Source: Lama guanicoe (Eukaryota). From it: 64,000 bases of DNA. This document shows positions 50,254 to 63,370 of the stretch, in pieces. The DNA lies in the NCBI GenBank assembly GCA_013239625.1, contig MU053629.1, positions 406,676 through 470,675 on the forward strand, written 5' to 3'. The position numbers and the translations under genes were made by a program. The notes under the pieces are model-generated. The model did not search any database. It had not been told where the DNA came from and saw only the letters and a list, made by a program, of their open reading frames with translations. How positions within the stretch are numbered: the stretch's first letter is position 1; each line of letters begins with the position of its first letter.

Positions 50254-50618
50254 TTTTTTTTTTTTAAATTGAGGTATAGTCAGTTTACACTGTTGTGTCA
50301 ATTTCTGGTGTACAACATGATGTTTCAGTCATACATAGACATACACATGTTTGTTTTCATATTCTTTTTCATTATAGGTTACTACAAGGTATTGAATATT
50401 GTTCCCTGTGCTATACACAAGAAACCCGTTGTTTATCTGTTTTATATATAATAGTATCTGCAAATCTCAAATTCCAATTGATCCCTTCCCACCTCTTTCC
50501 CCTCTGGTAACTGTAAGTCTGTTTTCTATGTCTGTTTCTATTTTGTAAATAACTTCACTTGTGTCTTTTGTTTGTTTGTTTTTAAAGTCCACGTGTGAGT
50601 GATATCATAGGGTGTTTT
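50254..50618 (-). mobile_element. Lineage-specific L1 3' end (5'-truncated)
   Basis: Poly-T then AAATTGAGGTATAGTCAGTTTACACTG...ATTGAATATTGTTCCCTGTGCTATAC; closely similar to the copy at 28033. Confidence 0.92.
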
Positions 50619-52069
50619 ACTTAGGATACTTTCTACCAAGATAAATTTATTCAAAGAACTGCCTTTTACTGAAAGATAATAAATACCCTTCCTACTTTTT
50701 TAGGTTTTAAAATGTCTGTTTTTGGTGAAATGATGGTTGGAGGCTGTTTTCCCAAGGGAGGACATTGAAGACAAAGTTGTCAGCTCAGTAGGGGGAGGGG
50801 GGCCTGGGGATTTTCTGCTGTGAATTACCAAAGTTTGGTAACCACTCATCTGTGGTTAAGTTGTCCTCCCATTACTAAGTCCCTCCCCATCCAGTCGGAG
50901 TGTTTGCACTCGGAGACCCCTGCCCCAAGGCTGGTCTTCCTTTCGGCAGCTATGGCTGGGGGCTGGAGTGGAGCTGATGTTTTGTAATCATAACCCAGGA
51001 AAATGCCTGGGAAACAGAGCACAGGTGGGTGGGCAAAAGCAGGGTGGGCATTGGGTCCACGGTTTGATGATTGCCGTGGCCAAAGCAGAAATGCCCGTGA
51101 GCTTGAGTTAGTGCTGTGAGTTAATTGCATGATCATTAAATGCTAACGTGGTTGATCAGAGGAACTGTGTAATTGAGCCGTAATAAAATGTTGCATGCTT
51201 AGTAAGCAATTGAGTTGTCTTCCCCAGGATGTAGGCAGCACCCGGCAGGAGATGCATAGATGTCTTAAACAAGCTCATTTTTTCACCGTTCTGCCCTTTT
51301 GTCTTCTAAGGAAGATAGATAAGACGTTTCTCTAAAATAAAGAGTCCAGTCCGCTATTAACCATACCTGAAAACCAGATTCATAATTTTATATGAAATAA
51401 TCTGTATAGTACTTTATTTTTGGCATGTGGAATGTTTACTTGTTATCCTTAAAGAAATTCAAGGTTTTTTTTTTTGTTTTTGTGGTTTTCTTTTGGCTAT
51501 AGATTTTTGAACTTCCCTTTTTTTTTAAAAAACACTTCTTGTTGGGGAACCTCTAATAATAAGAATCCATGTAGATTGTCCACAGTGGCTCTCTGAGTAA
51601 GCCTTAATTTTTATGTTTGATAGAGATGAATAAATACATCATTTAATCATGGTGATAAATTTTAATATGTGATATTTCCTTCTAAGTGAATGAATATTTA
51701 AGTCTTAGAGATGGTCATTAAAGCAAATGTTTGTTTTTTTCTCCTTAAAAGATGTGGGCAGTTTAAAATAAAAGTGACCAAATTGGTATCAAGTTGAAAA
51801 GAAATTTAGGGAAATAAGTTACTTTTAATGCATTTTAACTTTGAACAAATGATAAAAAGTACAATTTTTATAACTTAGTTCACTGTCTTAGATTTCCCCT
51901 GAAAATGTGAGTCCAGGCTTTGAGCATGAATTTTTTTAGTTAGTGCAAAATTATTTTGGGCTTATGTTTTCTTCTTTAGATTATTTTCTGTAGTACTTTT
52001 AGCCCAATTAAAGGGCTGTGTGTAATCATTGTTTTTTTCCTTCCTGCTGTGAATAGAATAATCTATTGC

Positions 52070-52890
52070 TTTTTTTTATTGAAGTCTAATTGATTTACAG
52101 AGTTGTAGTAGTTTCTGGTGTACAGCATAGTGATTCAGTATGCATATATATTTTTTCATATTCTTTTCCATTATATGTTATTATAAGTTATGAATATAGC
52201 TCCCTGTGCTATGTAGTAGGACCTTGTTGTTTATCTATTCTGTATATAGTAGTTTGTATCTGCTAATCCCAAGCTCCCAATTTATCCTTCCCCTACCTTT
52301 CCCCTTTGGTAACCATGAGTTGGTTTTCTACATCTGTTAGTCTGTTACTGTTTTGTAAATAAGCTCATTTGTATCATTTTTTCTATTCCACATATAAGTG
52401 ATATATGGTATTTGTCTTTTTCTGATGACCTCTAGGTCCATTCATGTTGTGGCAAATGGCATTATTTCATTCTTCTTAATGGATGAGTAGTATTCCATTG
52501 TATGTGTGTGTGCGTGTGTGTACACCACAACTTCTTTATCCTATCATCTGTCAATGTACACTTGGGCTGCTTCCACGTCTTGGCTGTTTTAAATAGTGCT
52601 GCTGTGAACATTGGGGTGCACGTGTCTTTTTGAATTAAAGTCCCCTTGGGATATATGCCCCCAAATAAATGCTCTATTTTTAGTTTTTTAAGGATCCTTC
52701 ATGCTGTTCACCATAGTGGCTGCACCATTTTACACTCCTACCAGCAGTGCAGAAGGGTTCCTTTTCCTTCACACCCTCTTCAGCATTTATTATTTGCAGA
52801 CTTTTTGATGATGGCCATTCTAACTGGTGTGAGGGGGTACCTCATTGTAGTTTTGATTTGCATTTCTCTAATAATTAGTGATGAAGAGTG
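52070..52890 (-). mobile_element. L1 3' end including the ORF2 terminus (~820 bp)
   Basis: Poly-T, 3' UTR, then CATAGTGGCTGCACCATTTTACACTCC...CTCATTGTAGTTTTGATTTGCATTTCTCTAAT; ORF 52646-52891 is the familiar antisense-L1 translation. Confidence 0.93.
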
Positions 52891-52964
52891 AACACTTTTG
52901 TGGGTGAATTTACCATAAACCAGGCTCTAGTATCAGTATCTTATTACTTACTTTTAACTAGCCT

Positions 52965-53148
52965 TTCTAACAACCCTAGTGGGTGAATCCTGTTCTTATC
53001 TTTATTTTATAGATGATGAAACTAAACTACAGATCAATTAAGTAACTTGCTTAGGATCACATAACTATTTAGTGGTGGAGCCAGGATTTGAAGCAAGGAC
53101 GTCTGGCTCTAGAATCTCCATCCTTAACCATTACCCTGTGCTTCCTGT
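52965..53148 (-). mobile_element. MIR SINE
   Basis: ATTTTATAGATGATGAAACT...TTAAGTAACTTGCTTAGGATCACA...AGTGGTGGAGCCAGGATTTGAA...TCTGGCTCTAGA. Confidence 0.85.
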
Positions 53149-54224
53149 CTGCATATACTGGTCACGCTGACAGTGACAGCTTTGAGTGTGTCAGGATCTT
53201 GGAGTATCAGCTTCATACAAATAGGCTTTTTCCGTAAGAATTTACTTTTTTGGAAAAATGACTCTTGTTTGTTAAAACCTCATTTTGATACTAGAACCTA
53301 TTTGTTTTAGCCAATCATGGATAACAGCATTTGTTCATTGATGACACCATTGATGACCTTCTATTTCTGTTATTTAATAAATTTCTAACTTGTAATAATC
53401 ATAATAAAATACAAATATACCAGTTGGTATCTCAAATCTGTGTGATTTAGCAAAATTCCAGGAGGTCTTCTCATAGCGTCCAGTTTCTGAAGAATGATTT
53501 AGCCTTGGGATTCCACTTCTGACTCAGCAGCCGGGTGTTGAGTGTCCATCCCTCCTCGGGTCCTTGGCACGTTTTGCCTGGAACGCACATGCTCCAAGAC
53601 TGGCTCCATCCAGCCTTCTGGGCCCCACCCTGCTGGCGTCTCAGTGATCACAGAGCCCAGGAGGAAGGGCTTGGGGAGCGTTTTAGTGCTTGGCCTTTCG
53701 CATGCCCCTCTTCCCAGTAGGACCACTGACTGGCTTGCCCCGGCTACTTCCCACCTCCCCGCCTGGAGCTCCCTCCCTCCACGCTGCCTTTCACCGCTTG
53801 GGCTCCCTTGAGAGAGAGAGAGAATCCAGTGGCTTTGATTCAGTGTCCACATCCTGTTGTTTCCCAATAAGAAAAGGACGCGTTAAGGCTGGGATTTGGA
53901 TAGGGACGCTCGTTTCAAATTAATTCTGTATTTAAAACTCTTATTTTTGTAAGCCTTGTGAAACAAAATGTTCTTGGTACACAGAAGGAGTTGTGAGGTT
54001 GGACTCCTACCAATAGTCCATATTTTCCCATTCTTTTTGGTGTTGTCACTGGCAGTTTGTTAAGCCCTGTCCAAAATGAGCTGGTAAGGCGTGATTCTGG
54101 GGCCCTCAGTGGCCCATTTTCAGTGTCCCTGCTCATGACAGTTCCTGCCAGCCCCTCTGTCAGTGCTGGGGACCTGCCAGCCTGCCATCTCCCAGGATAG
54201 TGGGTGCAGGAGCATTGGCCCTGT

Positions 54225-54480
54225 GGTGCAGTGACCCGGAGGGTGAGGGCACTGGGCTGCAGGGTCAGTTTCAGACTTGGGAACTGCCTAGTAGCTTTGT
54301 GGCTTTGGGCAAACACCCCATCTCTCTGAGGTTCAGTTCTGAAGCTGTCAAATGGGGAGTTACACTGATACTTATGCTAGAAGTTGAGATACTTTGGGTA
54401 ATGAGATATTATAGAAATAGTTACGTGGTGATGACACATGGATAAGGTAGAGATATTGCCTGACACCTAGTAGGACTACT
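54225..54480 (+). mobile_element. MIR SINE (degraded)
   Basis: TAGCTTTGTGGCTTTGGGCAAA...TCTCTGAGGTTCAGTT...CTGTCAAATGGGG...GCCTGACACCTAGTAGG. Confidence 0.65.
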
Positions 54481-56926
54481 TCTCTGAGCCGGACCTAGGA
54501 CTTAGCATGTCATTTAGTTTGTGAGTTATGCTCATTGTAACCTGGAGACCCCGTGTGGAGCCTCTGTCCCTTTTGCCCCATTAATCTGCACCTGGTGATG
54601 TTTTGCCCGCCCCAGGGGAATGCTGTGGTTGGGTGATTGGCAGCTGCAGGGTGGGCTGTGAGTGTCTGGTCCCCAGGCATCGCCCTGTCTCTGCCCCCTG
54701 GATGCCTCCAGGCCCTTGAAACAACTCTGAGAATTAATCAGGTGTGTCTTTATGGATGTGAAAGCAGACATCCTCCAGAGAACCCAAATACCTGGTATAA
54801 AGTGACACCACATGCCCTTCCTAAGACCAGAAAAGGTAAGTGGGTTTGGAATGAAGTTAAAATGCACAGATTGCCCGTAGGTCTTGGGCCCAAGTATACA
54901 GTACGTACAATGCCAAAGGGCGTGGACAGCAACTTTCTGCAGTACCAGTGGGACGAGGCTTACTATTCTAAGGTATCCATCTCCTGCTGAGTGCTAGGCT
55001 CTGCAGGAAGTCCTCCCCTGTCCCCACTTGGGAGTGACCGCCAGCCACTGACCCTCCTTGTGGCCATGCTGTTCGTAGCTGTTTCTAGGTCATAGTAAGT
55101 GTGATGAGGCAGCTGCTACCAGAACTTGGTGTCAATGACATATGGACGGAGTGAAAAATACACACATCTAAGGGGTTTGTCAACCTGTTTTTCATGTTTA
55201 GGAATCTTTCTAAGTTAAAGAAGGGCTGATGAGATTGTAGGAATTACTCTGTACTTTCACATGAAAAATCCAACACCCACCCCCAAAAAGCTTGGGCCTA
55301 GTTCCAAACTGCCCACTGGAGGCTTGTGAAAATTTCTTTAAATTCTCCTTTTTTTTTTTTCTTACGACTTCGATTTCACGTTTCATCTCATAGTGCCTTT
55401 TATCTGTTTTAATTTACAAATGATAGTTTTCTTCCGAAATGCTAGAGGAGGATTGACTTGCCTGAAAGAGATGCCACATTGATCCTGTAGGCCCCCTACC
55501 TGCAGCGGCCCCTGGGGGTGTGCCCTCCCCCATATGGGAAGTAGAGGCCGTTCTGCCTCCAACAGGAGGCTGTCTTGTGGGAGGATGTAGCCATGCTTCG
55601 TAGCGTTCACTCCTGGATGTTAAGATTGACTCCAGTTTAACTGACCATTAAAGAATTTCGAGAGCCTTAATAGTTCTAATTCAGGATGAGGCTTTTTGTG
55701 TCGAAACTGTTCCCTTGAGCCAAGGTAGAATGAGCAACCCTACTTTTCCAGAGTTTTTGTCTTTGGTTAAAACAAAAATAAGCCTTTAAATTGCCGTCAG
55801 ATGGTCTTTTGGGGCTGCCTTTCTGAGGAGCCAGCAGTGACTAGAAGTCCTTGGGAAGCCAGCAGTGACCCTGGTTTTGGTTTTGCGCTTCTCCGTACAG
55901 GGCTATGGCTTAAACGGCTCCCTGTGGTGTCCCAGTTGCAGTGTCTGGTCCTCGCTGCTGCTTCATTGACGACTAGGTTCTTGTTCTGGGTCAGAAGCAG
56001 AGGCTCATGAATCTGAGATTAGTATCCCTTGGATGAATTTTTCAGTTTGCCATGCCACATTCATATCATAGCCCCTTGGCATCTCTGCATGGTTGGGGTC
56101 TGTGATAGCAGTGGGAAATTTTAGTCTTTTAGTGGTGCAATGCCGGTATTTCACTGAAAGATTCAACATCATTTCTAGGGCCCTCTGGCTGAGTTTGTTC
56201 TGTCTCTTGAGTGGCTCATCTGTGGGCCTCTCTTGGTTCGGAGATGTCTCTTAGTTGAAAAACCCCTTTTTTGTCTTCTATATTTAAGCTTTTCTTTATT
56301 CTTGATAACATTTCTATCCTAAGTACCATGGTAACTCTTTCTAAAAGAGACCCCGTAAGTGTCACAGAAACATAGTTCGCTGTGCAAGCTTTTCATAACT
56401 ACATCAAACACTGCCTTCCCTATCAAGATGTGGATTGTAAGCATAGATGGGAATTGCTCAGAGGCATGATTTTCCCTTTCAGAGTTTAAATATTTTCTTC
56501 TAGTAGGTGGCTTTTGAAATTCTGTAATTATATTAGCTTGGTGGCCTAGCAGAGTGTCCTGCATGTGGGAAACAGGCAGTAAGTGCCAGCTCCTTCCCCA
56601 GCCCTCGATGCAAACAGGCTCGAGAAGGAGCCCTGCTTGACACTGGTGCTCAGTAAATGCTGACTGAATTGCAGGCCTTCCCAGAGCCTGCATGGTGTTC
56701 TGCAGCTGCAGATGGAATTGGCGAAAAAGCCTGCAGCCCAGGGTGTGGGAGCTGTGACTCAGGTTCTGTTTCACTGATTCCGTCTTTACTAGGAGCAGAG
56801 AACATTCCAGGTCTCTTACCTGTTAACCTCTTCCCTCCCGGCCTCTCTCACTGAAGCAGAAGAGAAACAGTTCTGTGCTAGGGAGTGGGTGGAGGCCCCG
56901 GTGTTAACCTTGCTGTCATTTGAAGG

Positions 56927-57084
56927 GTGATTTATTTATTTATTTAATTTTTTTGTGGAGAGGGGGAAGGTAATTAGGTTTATTGATTTCTTTATTTTTA
57001 GGGGAGGTACTGGGGACTGAACCCCAGCCCTCATGCCTGCTAAGCTAAGCGTGCAGTCTACCATTTGAGCTGTACCCTCCTCAC
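56927..57084 (-). mobile_element. Camelid tRNA-Ala-derived SINE, long form (more diverged)
   Basis: Head GGTACAGCTCAAATGGTAGA..., AAACCTAATTACC segment, (TAAA)n tail; ~20-bp TSD ACCTTGCTGTCATTTGAAGG (56907-56926) / ACCTTGCTCTCATCTGGAGG (57085-57104). Confidence 0.92.
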
Positions 57085-58189
57085 ACCTTGCTCTCATCTG
57101 GAGGACCTGTCTTTCCACTTTCTTGCTTAGACTGTGTGCACAGCACACACAGACCTGCCCCTTCCCCTCTTGTCACACATCCCTTGAAGACTTAATAAGC
57201 ACACATCTCCGGTTCTTTCTCGGTTCTTTTCAGTAGTAGAATTTCCCAGAGGTGCTCTTTTTATTACTTGAGAGCAAAACTTTTGAATAGCCTATGAATG
57301 AGGTTTTGCCTGATTTCATTATGTCTGTAGTATGTCGAAAAAAAAACCATGAAACTTCCTCCAATGTGTCAGTGAAATATAATTCTGTTTAAAAAGTCAA
57401 ATGTGATGCATTCGAGAAAACTCCCCAATGGTCTCCCTTGAAAAGTAGGTATGATGTGTTTGGAATGAAGTTTTAATGTGGCTTTTTTTTTTCCCTCCAA
57501 GGTCTTTCATAACTTGTATTAGGCAGATGAGGCTGTTTAATGAAGAGTGGTAATTAATTCACAGTCGTCATTAGCATGTAAACATAATCTGACCTTCAAG
57601 TACCGTTGAAGAAATTTTCACGGTTCATGGGCACAGACATTTGACAGAGGAAAGAAGACAGAAATTGTATCTGTCGGTTTGGTATATTATTTCAAAACGT
57701 GGAAATTAATTTTGTGTCAGGTTGTGATGATAATTGAAGAGTTAAAAGACTTGGAGAGTTGTAAGCTGCATTTATTCTCTCAGCCGCCCTGAAGTGAATA
57801 TTCAACAGATATTGTCACTGAGTAATGGGCATAGCTAATGAGGGGAGTTAAATCGGTGTGTGTCTTTATCTTTATGGGCTGTGGGACTAACAAACTGGGG
57901 AAGGGAAAACTTTCCCTGAAGAAAGTCAGTCAGCAAGATGGGCTTTGTTTCTACGCTAGGAGCAGAAACGTTGAGTTTGAGAAGTTTTGGGGGATGGAGC
58001 AGGAATGGTGCAAAGGTGTAGTAGACCTGGGATGTAAGAGCGTGTGTGTCTCTGAACTCCCCACCTGTGTTTCCTCATCCTTCATCTATTGAGTGACAAG
58101 TGACACTGCGGAGTTAGAGATCGAAGGCCCATTTTAATGCTAAGATTGTTGTCATTTCTGTTGCTGTGATTTTTGTGATCCATTTACAT

Positions 58190-58430
58190 CTGTGTTGTAG
58201 AAGCTGTGCCCAGTCACCCTCCCCCAGTATGATTCTAACCCCTGAAAAAAGGAAATGTATTGCATCAGTTGGCTGTTGCTCTTAGCTCAACATTGTGTGT
58301 GAGGTGGAGCTGTGTCATTGTTTGTATCTCAAGCTTGTTCGTTTTTATTGCCGTGTAATAACCCGTTGTATGAATATACTATAATTTTTCCATTTTACTG
58401 TCACTGGAAATTCACGTAGTTTAGACTTTG
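58190..58430 (-). mobile_element. Old L1ME-like fragment
   Basis: CTTAGCTCAACATTGTGTGTGAG...TTGTTCGTTTTTATTGCCGTGTAATA...TTGTATGAATATACTATAATTT. Confidence 0.6.
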
Positions 58431-60828
58431 CCTGTGCCCAAGAGCCAGCGACCGTGGTTTGGTTTTCTGGCACGCTTGTACACAGGGATTTAAGCTTTCT
58501 CCTTCTCCTTTTCTTTGAGATATAACCATTGCAGCGTCCTATTATTTGTGGTCTTTGGTAGACTTTCTAATGAGCATTCTCACGTAAGGGACGCTTAGAA
58601 GGTTTGCAGGATTGTTACTTATGTAGAAGTTATATTTAGGCTTATCTGTGTTAAGACGTGCTACCAGTGACTAAGTGATCGGTGTTATAGAGAGAACTCC
58701 ATAGGGTTTCTGGTGTGTTTTACCTTCATTTTAACTGCCCTGTGTACATGTTTGCTGGTGTTTCCATTATCAGACTCCTGTGAATGTTTCTGGCACCAGA
58801 GAGACCCTGAAGTATAAATAAATCCAGCAGAACATACTTGGCATTCCTCTTGCAGGCACTCTTTGCCTCCCCTGTTTCTGTGTTGGTCTTGTCTGTACCA
58901 GCCGTGCTTATGACATGTCACTTGCACACTTGTGCCTTTCTGAATCCCGTGCTGATAAACTCCTTGTTCAACAAGATCCCGAGTGGGGACAGGAGCTCCA
59001 ATAGGTCATGGCTGTGACAAAACTGAAATCTCAACAGATCCCCAAACCGAAGACATTGGAGGATGTGCTGATCCAGCCCAGCCAACTCCTTGTACAGACG
59101 GGGGCGTGGGTTTTGAGAGAGAGAAGGTGACGTGTCTGAGTAGCACCTTTGTCTTTGCCTGCTGTGTGTGTTCCAGCTTGTCTGAAACTTTTCCCATTTA
59201 TTGGCTGAGGCTAAGGCAGTATTGAAAAAGGGCCTGATGTGCTCCCAATTTATTATTGGTTTTGGGCAAGGAAAGCTTTTTAAAAATTAGATCCAGAGTA
59301 ATATGTGATTTTCTGTTCTCTCTTCTTGGCAAATGACACACAGCCTCCCGCCCTCCCTGGTTTATAGTCTCAGTGTTTCTATGTGGGCTGTAGGTTTATT
59401 CTGGTCCTAATTACATTACGCTGACATCTAGTTAGTCGTGCTCCCCCACCTGAAGAATTCTATATTTCACTCGAGCTTTGCTTTCACTACAAATGTGACA
59501 AAACTTATCTGTCAGATGAGGGAACATGTTCAGTGTAGGGAGTTGTCAGGGACCTATAATTATCTCAAGTCCTTTGATTTCAGCTTTGGATGCATGCTTG
59601 CTCTTAGACAGCTGCTACAGCCTGGGGATGTCCCCCGCTGCCCCGTGTCATTTCTTCCCATGGCTGCAGGCCTGATGTCCCACTGCCTTTAGTACCGTCA
59701 GACCCCACCTGCCTGGCTTAGTCAGACAGAAGCTCTGGGGGCAGGTGACCCCTCTCATCACTGTTAATCTGCCTTGTGCCGGGCAGCATTCTTACTAGCT
59801 GTGCCTCGCATCATCTGGGTAGCAGAAAGGGGTTTTTGAGCTGTTTGTGTGAGATTTCAGGTAGGGGGTGAGGTAAGCTGTTGTGTGATGAAGAGGCAGA
59901 ACTCGGTTTTGATGAACTTGGGCCTGAGTCGTCTGGCCAAGGCATAGACTGGATAGAGAGGAGGCGGGCGTGGGTTTCGTTTGGACCTTCAGGTGTTGAT
60001 ACTGCTCTACTTGGTGCTGGAGATTGGAAGACGGTGCGGAACCATGCCCTCCCACTCCCCACGTGGGCAGCTCCTCGCTGGCACTGTCTCACTGAAGATC
60101 AGTGAATGTGGGTGAGTGAGCTAAAGCGATTTCAATGGAGGGTGGACGTCTCTGTAGCCAAGGACAGCGAGAGGCAATGTTACTGTCTCAGAGTATTCCT
60201 CCCCCTCCTCCCGTTGGGTGCCTTCAGTGTCCCTTCTCTGCGCTTGTGCCCTTCCTCCTCGTCTGTCTGTCTGTCTGTCTGTCCCTCTTTACTGCTCTGT
60301 ACACTTGTCTGTCACGTTCCTTTTCTTCATACGCCAAACTACTGTAACAGAAAATCACAGTCAAGATTGAAATATTTGTTCTCCTTGGAATAAAATGTGA
60401 GGTTTCCTGTTTTTGTTTGAAAAAATGGCTGAGTTAAATTGTTACAGAAACAAAGATCCCCCACGTCACATTGTGCTTGGTTTTCTTTTTCAATTTGTTA
60501 GGGGTTGCGGTGGTTTATCCCACCCTCTTCTGTAGGGCAGTGGAGTGGAGGAGAAGGAGGCGGGGGTCGCTGTTTTGTAAAAAATCTGAATAATTATTCC
60601 TCACTCCAGCATTTTAATTTTGTGGCCCCCGCCCTTTTTTTTTTTTTAGCAAAAATGACACTGCCATAGAGACTGTTTGAGAACTCTGCTTACATTCTAA
60701 TGAGAGAAAAAAAAAGTCGCACATACTGTTAATGTTGTTGCAAGAGAGTTAGGAGCTTCGTGCCTGATCACATTACCCATTCTGAAAACAAACCTGTTAA
60801 CTTTTACGAAACATACTGATTTGATGGT

Positions 60829-60936
60829 TTATCTATTTATTTATTATTTTTGGTGGAGGTACCAGCAAGGATTGAACCCAGGACCTCGTGCATGCTAGGC
60901 AGGCGCTCTACCACTGAGCTACACCGTCCCCAGCCC
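60829..60936 (-). mobile_element. Camelid tRNA-Ala-derived SINE, short form
   Basis: tRNA head GGTGTAGCTCAGTGGTAGAGCG...GGGTTCAATCC...GTACCTCCA; perfect 13-bp TSD CTGATTTGATGGT (60816-60828 / 60937-60949). Confidence 0.95.
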
Positions 60937-61014
60937 CTGATTTGATGGTACTAACATTTTCTTCCTCCCTCTCTCCCTCTTTGTTTTTGATAATGAAACA
61001 GTTATGAGAGACTC

Positions 61015-61220
61015 TCTAGTGCTGTCCTTAGCTTTCCTACTTATTTACATCATATCCCTGTGCAAATTACTATAACTGTTTAAACCTCAGTTTTCTCATC
61101 TGAAAAATGGAAGTAATGGTTTTACCCATCTATGAAGTTGCTTTGTGAAATGAGAGTGTATATGATGCACTGACTTCGGGCCCAGCACGTAGTGAGTGCT
61201 CAGTAGATGTTGGCTAGCAG
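61015..61220 (+). mobile_element. MIR SINE
   Basis: CCTCAGTTTTCTCATCTGAAAAATGGAAGTAATG...CCCAGCACGTAGTGAGTGCTCAGTAGATGTTGGCT. Confidence 0.82.
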
Positions 61221-61569
61221 CGCTCCTTCGTAGTTCCTTGTGCCTGAGGCAGGAGGGAGCCCCGGGCATGGAAATGTAGGGAAAGCATAGTTTCTGAGAA
61301 TAAACAGACTCAAGTTCACATTTCAGGTCTCTCGTGTACGATGTTAGGTGGGATTTTAAACACGTCTGAACCTTAGGTCCTTCAGCTGAATCAAATTCCT
61401 GTCTGCCTCATCAGAGTGTTTTGGGGGCAATGTAAATTGATGATGATGGCTTATTCAATATGCTTAACTTTGAAATGGGACAATGCACGAAAAAGTATGG
61501 TACACAGAACAGAGCCACTAACTCTTAGTGCGGCCCTTTGAGCGTAGGGGAGAAGTATAATGCTAACAG

Positions 61570-61810
61570 AACAGGTAATGCTATTAAAGGTTTATTAAAG
61601 AGCATTTACACACGCCACACGGAGTTCTAAGTGTGGTTAGAAGTACTAACTTACTTCAGAAGTTTCCTGACAACTCTGAGAGGTAGTTACTATTATTCCC
61701 ATATTACACTAAAGGGTCAAGCAACATGGCCAGTGTCGCAGAGCTGTATGTGGCAGAGCTGGGTGAGCTCAGTCTGCAGGCTGGAGAGCCCGCAGTATTG
61801 ACCTCAGAGC
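61570..61810 (-). mobile_element. MIR SINE
   Basis: GTTCTAAGTG...ACAACTCTGAGAGGTAG..ACTATTATTCCCATATTACA...GTGGCAGAGCTGGG. Confidence 0.7.
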
Positions 61811-63139
61811 TGGGACTTTTAAGCCAGGTGAACCCTTTCCTTCCGACTGTGCCTTTTATGTAAAAGGTAGACATCATCTGAACAGTTAGGGTTGCTGGCT
61901 CAGCATCCTTGAGCGGGGGTAAAGTATTGCTCAGTTAATTGATGAATATCTTCTAAATGTTAATAGGAACCAAGTCTCTGAAGTCTTGGTCTGGGCCAGG
62001 TGGATATTTTTTCTTCCGTTCCTGCTTACACCCTTATCTGAAGCTGCATCCCTAGTGGCTCACAAATGAGACACTGACGGAATGTGCTTTCTGTGCCTTT
62101 TCAATGAGTCATTAGCAGGAGATGATGGTAGCATATTAAACATGCTTAACCTCGGAAGTTCTGCCTTTTTGCAAAATGGAGAAACGGGATTTGATGACTC
62201 TGATCTTCTGCCACCTACATGGGCTGATGCAGGGTATGCCAGCCCCTAGAACCAGGCCAGGAGGCAAGGGCGATGGAACAAAGGCAAGTGTGTCTCATCA
62301 GTGGTACACAGGTGTGTAATGTGTGGCGGCTAATTCCTGTTTTGTAGAAGACTCAAAAGTTGGCCTCACAATTCTCAACATAGCACAGTCTCTAGAAGGG
62401 AGTGTGTTGTGTGTGTGTGAAACTGAAATTATATTTCTAAAAAAATATTCCTGAAGTTTTAAGAAAGTCTTTGGTGTCTACAAAAAGGAACGGGAAAAAA
62501 AACAAAACAAACTGAGCCAGGAGCTGAAGAATGTGTGATATCTTCCTTTGGGGATCTGAAATCTTTATCACTGTAGAGTTGTATGCCTTCCAAATTGGTG
62601 TTCATGAATTGTCCCTTCTGCAGAGAAATGGCACGTGACTATCTACCTATCTGGTTTTTGGAAGAACTTGAAAATTTGACCCTAATGTGGAAGGCATAAG
62701 AACCAAGTAAGGTTTTACATGGGCATACACGTGTATGCATACCCAGGCACACACTCTTCCACAAGTGACTAAGCAGGTAACCCTCACAGGTTCCATCTTT
62801 AATGCACGGGAAATACAGAATCATGAGTAGCTTTTGCTTTACCTCTCCATGGGCGGTAGAACAATATGTCACAGTCTTCTCTCTTTAAAACAGACACTGT
62901 AGCAGGGACCGAGGAGGTGGATGGAGAGATGACCATATAGGTCGTTAAGTGGGAAAAGGAGCAGCAAATTGCAGATTCAAGAAGTTCAGTGTGCATTTAA
63001 TAGTTTGAAAAAGTGTATATATCTAGCGATTTTAGAAGCTGTACTTATTAACTGGATTAGGGGTGGAGGTCTTGGGGAGATAACCTGCCGTCCGGAGCCA
63101 TAAAGTGGGTTAGAAATATTCACCTCATAGGGAAGTTAC

Positions 63140-63370
63140 GAAGCTAAAAGCCGAATGGTACGAAGTGGAGAGTTAGAATTGTACCTGGAAGATAGCAAGT
63201 GTTCAGTTCATGGTAGTTGTCGTTGGCATGGAAAATGCTTGGAGCAGTGTTTGTCAAACTGAACATGGGGTTGTTTTGATGGAGGGTGGGGAACAGGGAT
63301 GGAATGAGGTCTGAATTTGTTTTTAACAGCATGGTAGACCTTTGTCAGCTGGAAAATAAAATCAGAAAGA
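63140..63370 (-). mobile_element. L2 fragment (degraded)
   Basis: AGCTAAAAGCCGAATG...AGCAAGTG...GGCATGGA resembles the antisense L2 body. Confidence 0.35.

Noticed and set aside
52646..52891. ORF resembling database 'hypothetical proteins' (also 28043-28225, 31536-31817, 50251-50510)
   Set aside because: Antisense translations of L1 ORF2/3' UTR sequence.
53520..53529. ARE/AP-1 motif TGACTCAGCA and other scattered TGA(C/G)TCA sites
   Set aside because: Isolated short motifs are expected by chance in 64 kb and have no supporting context.
55829..55869. 13-bp direct repeat AGCCAGCAGTGAC separated by 15 bp
   Set aside because: Only two copies and no element between them; trivial micro-duplication.
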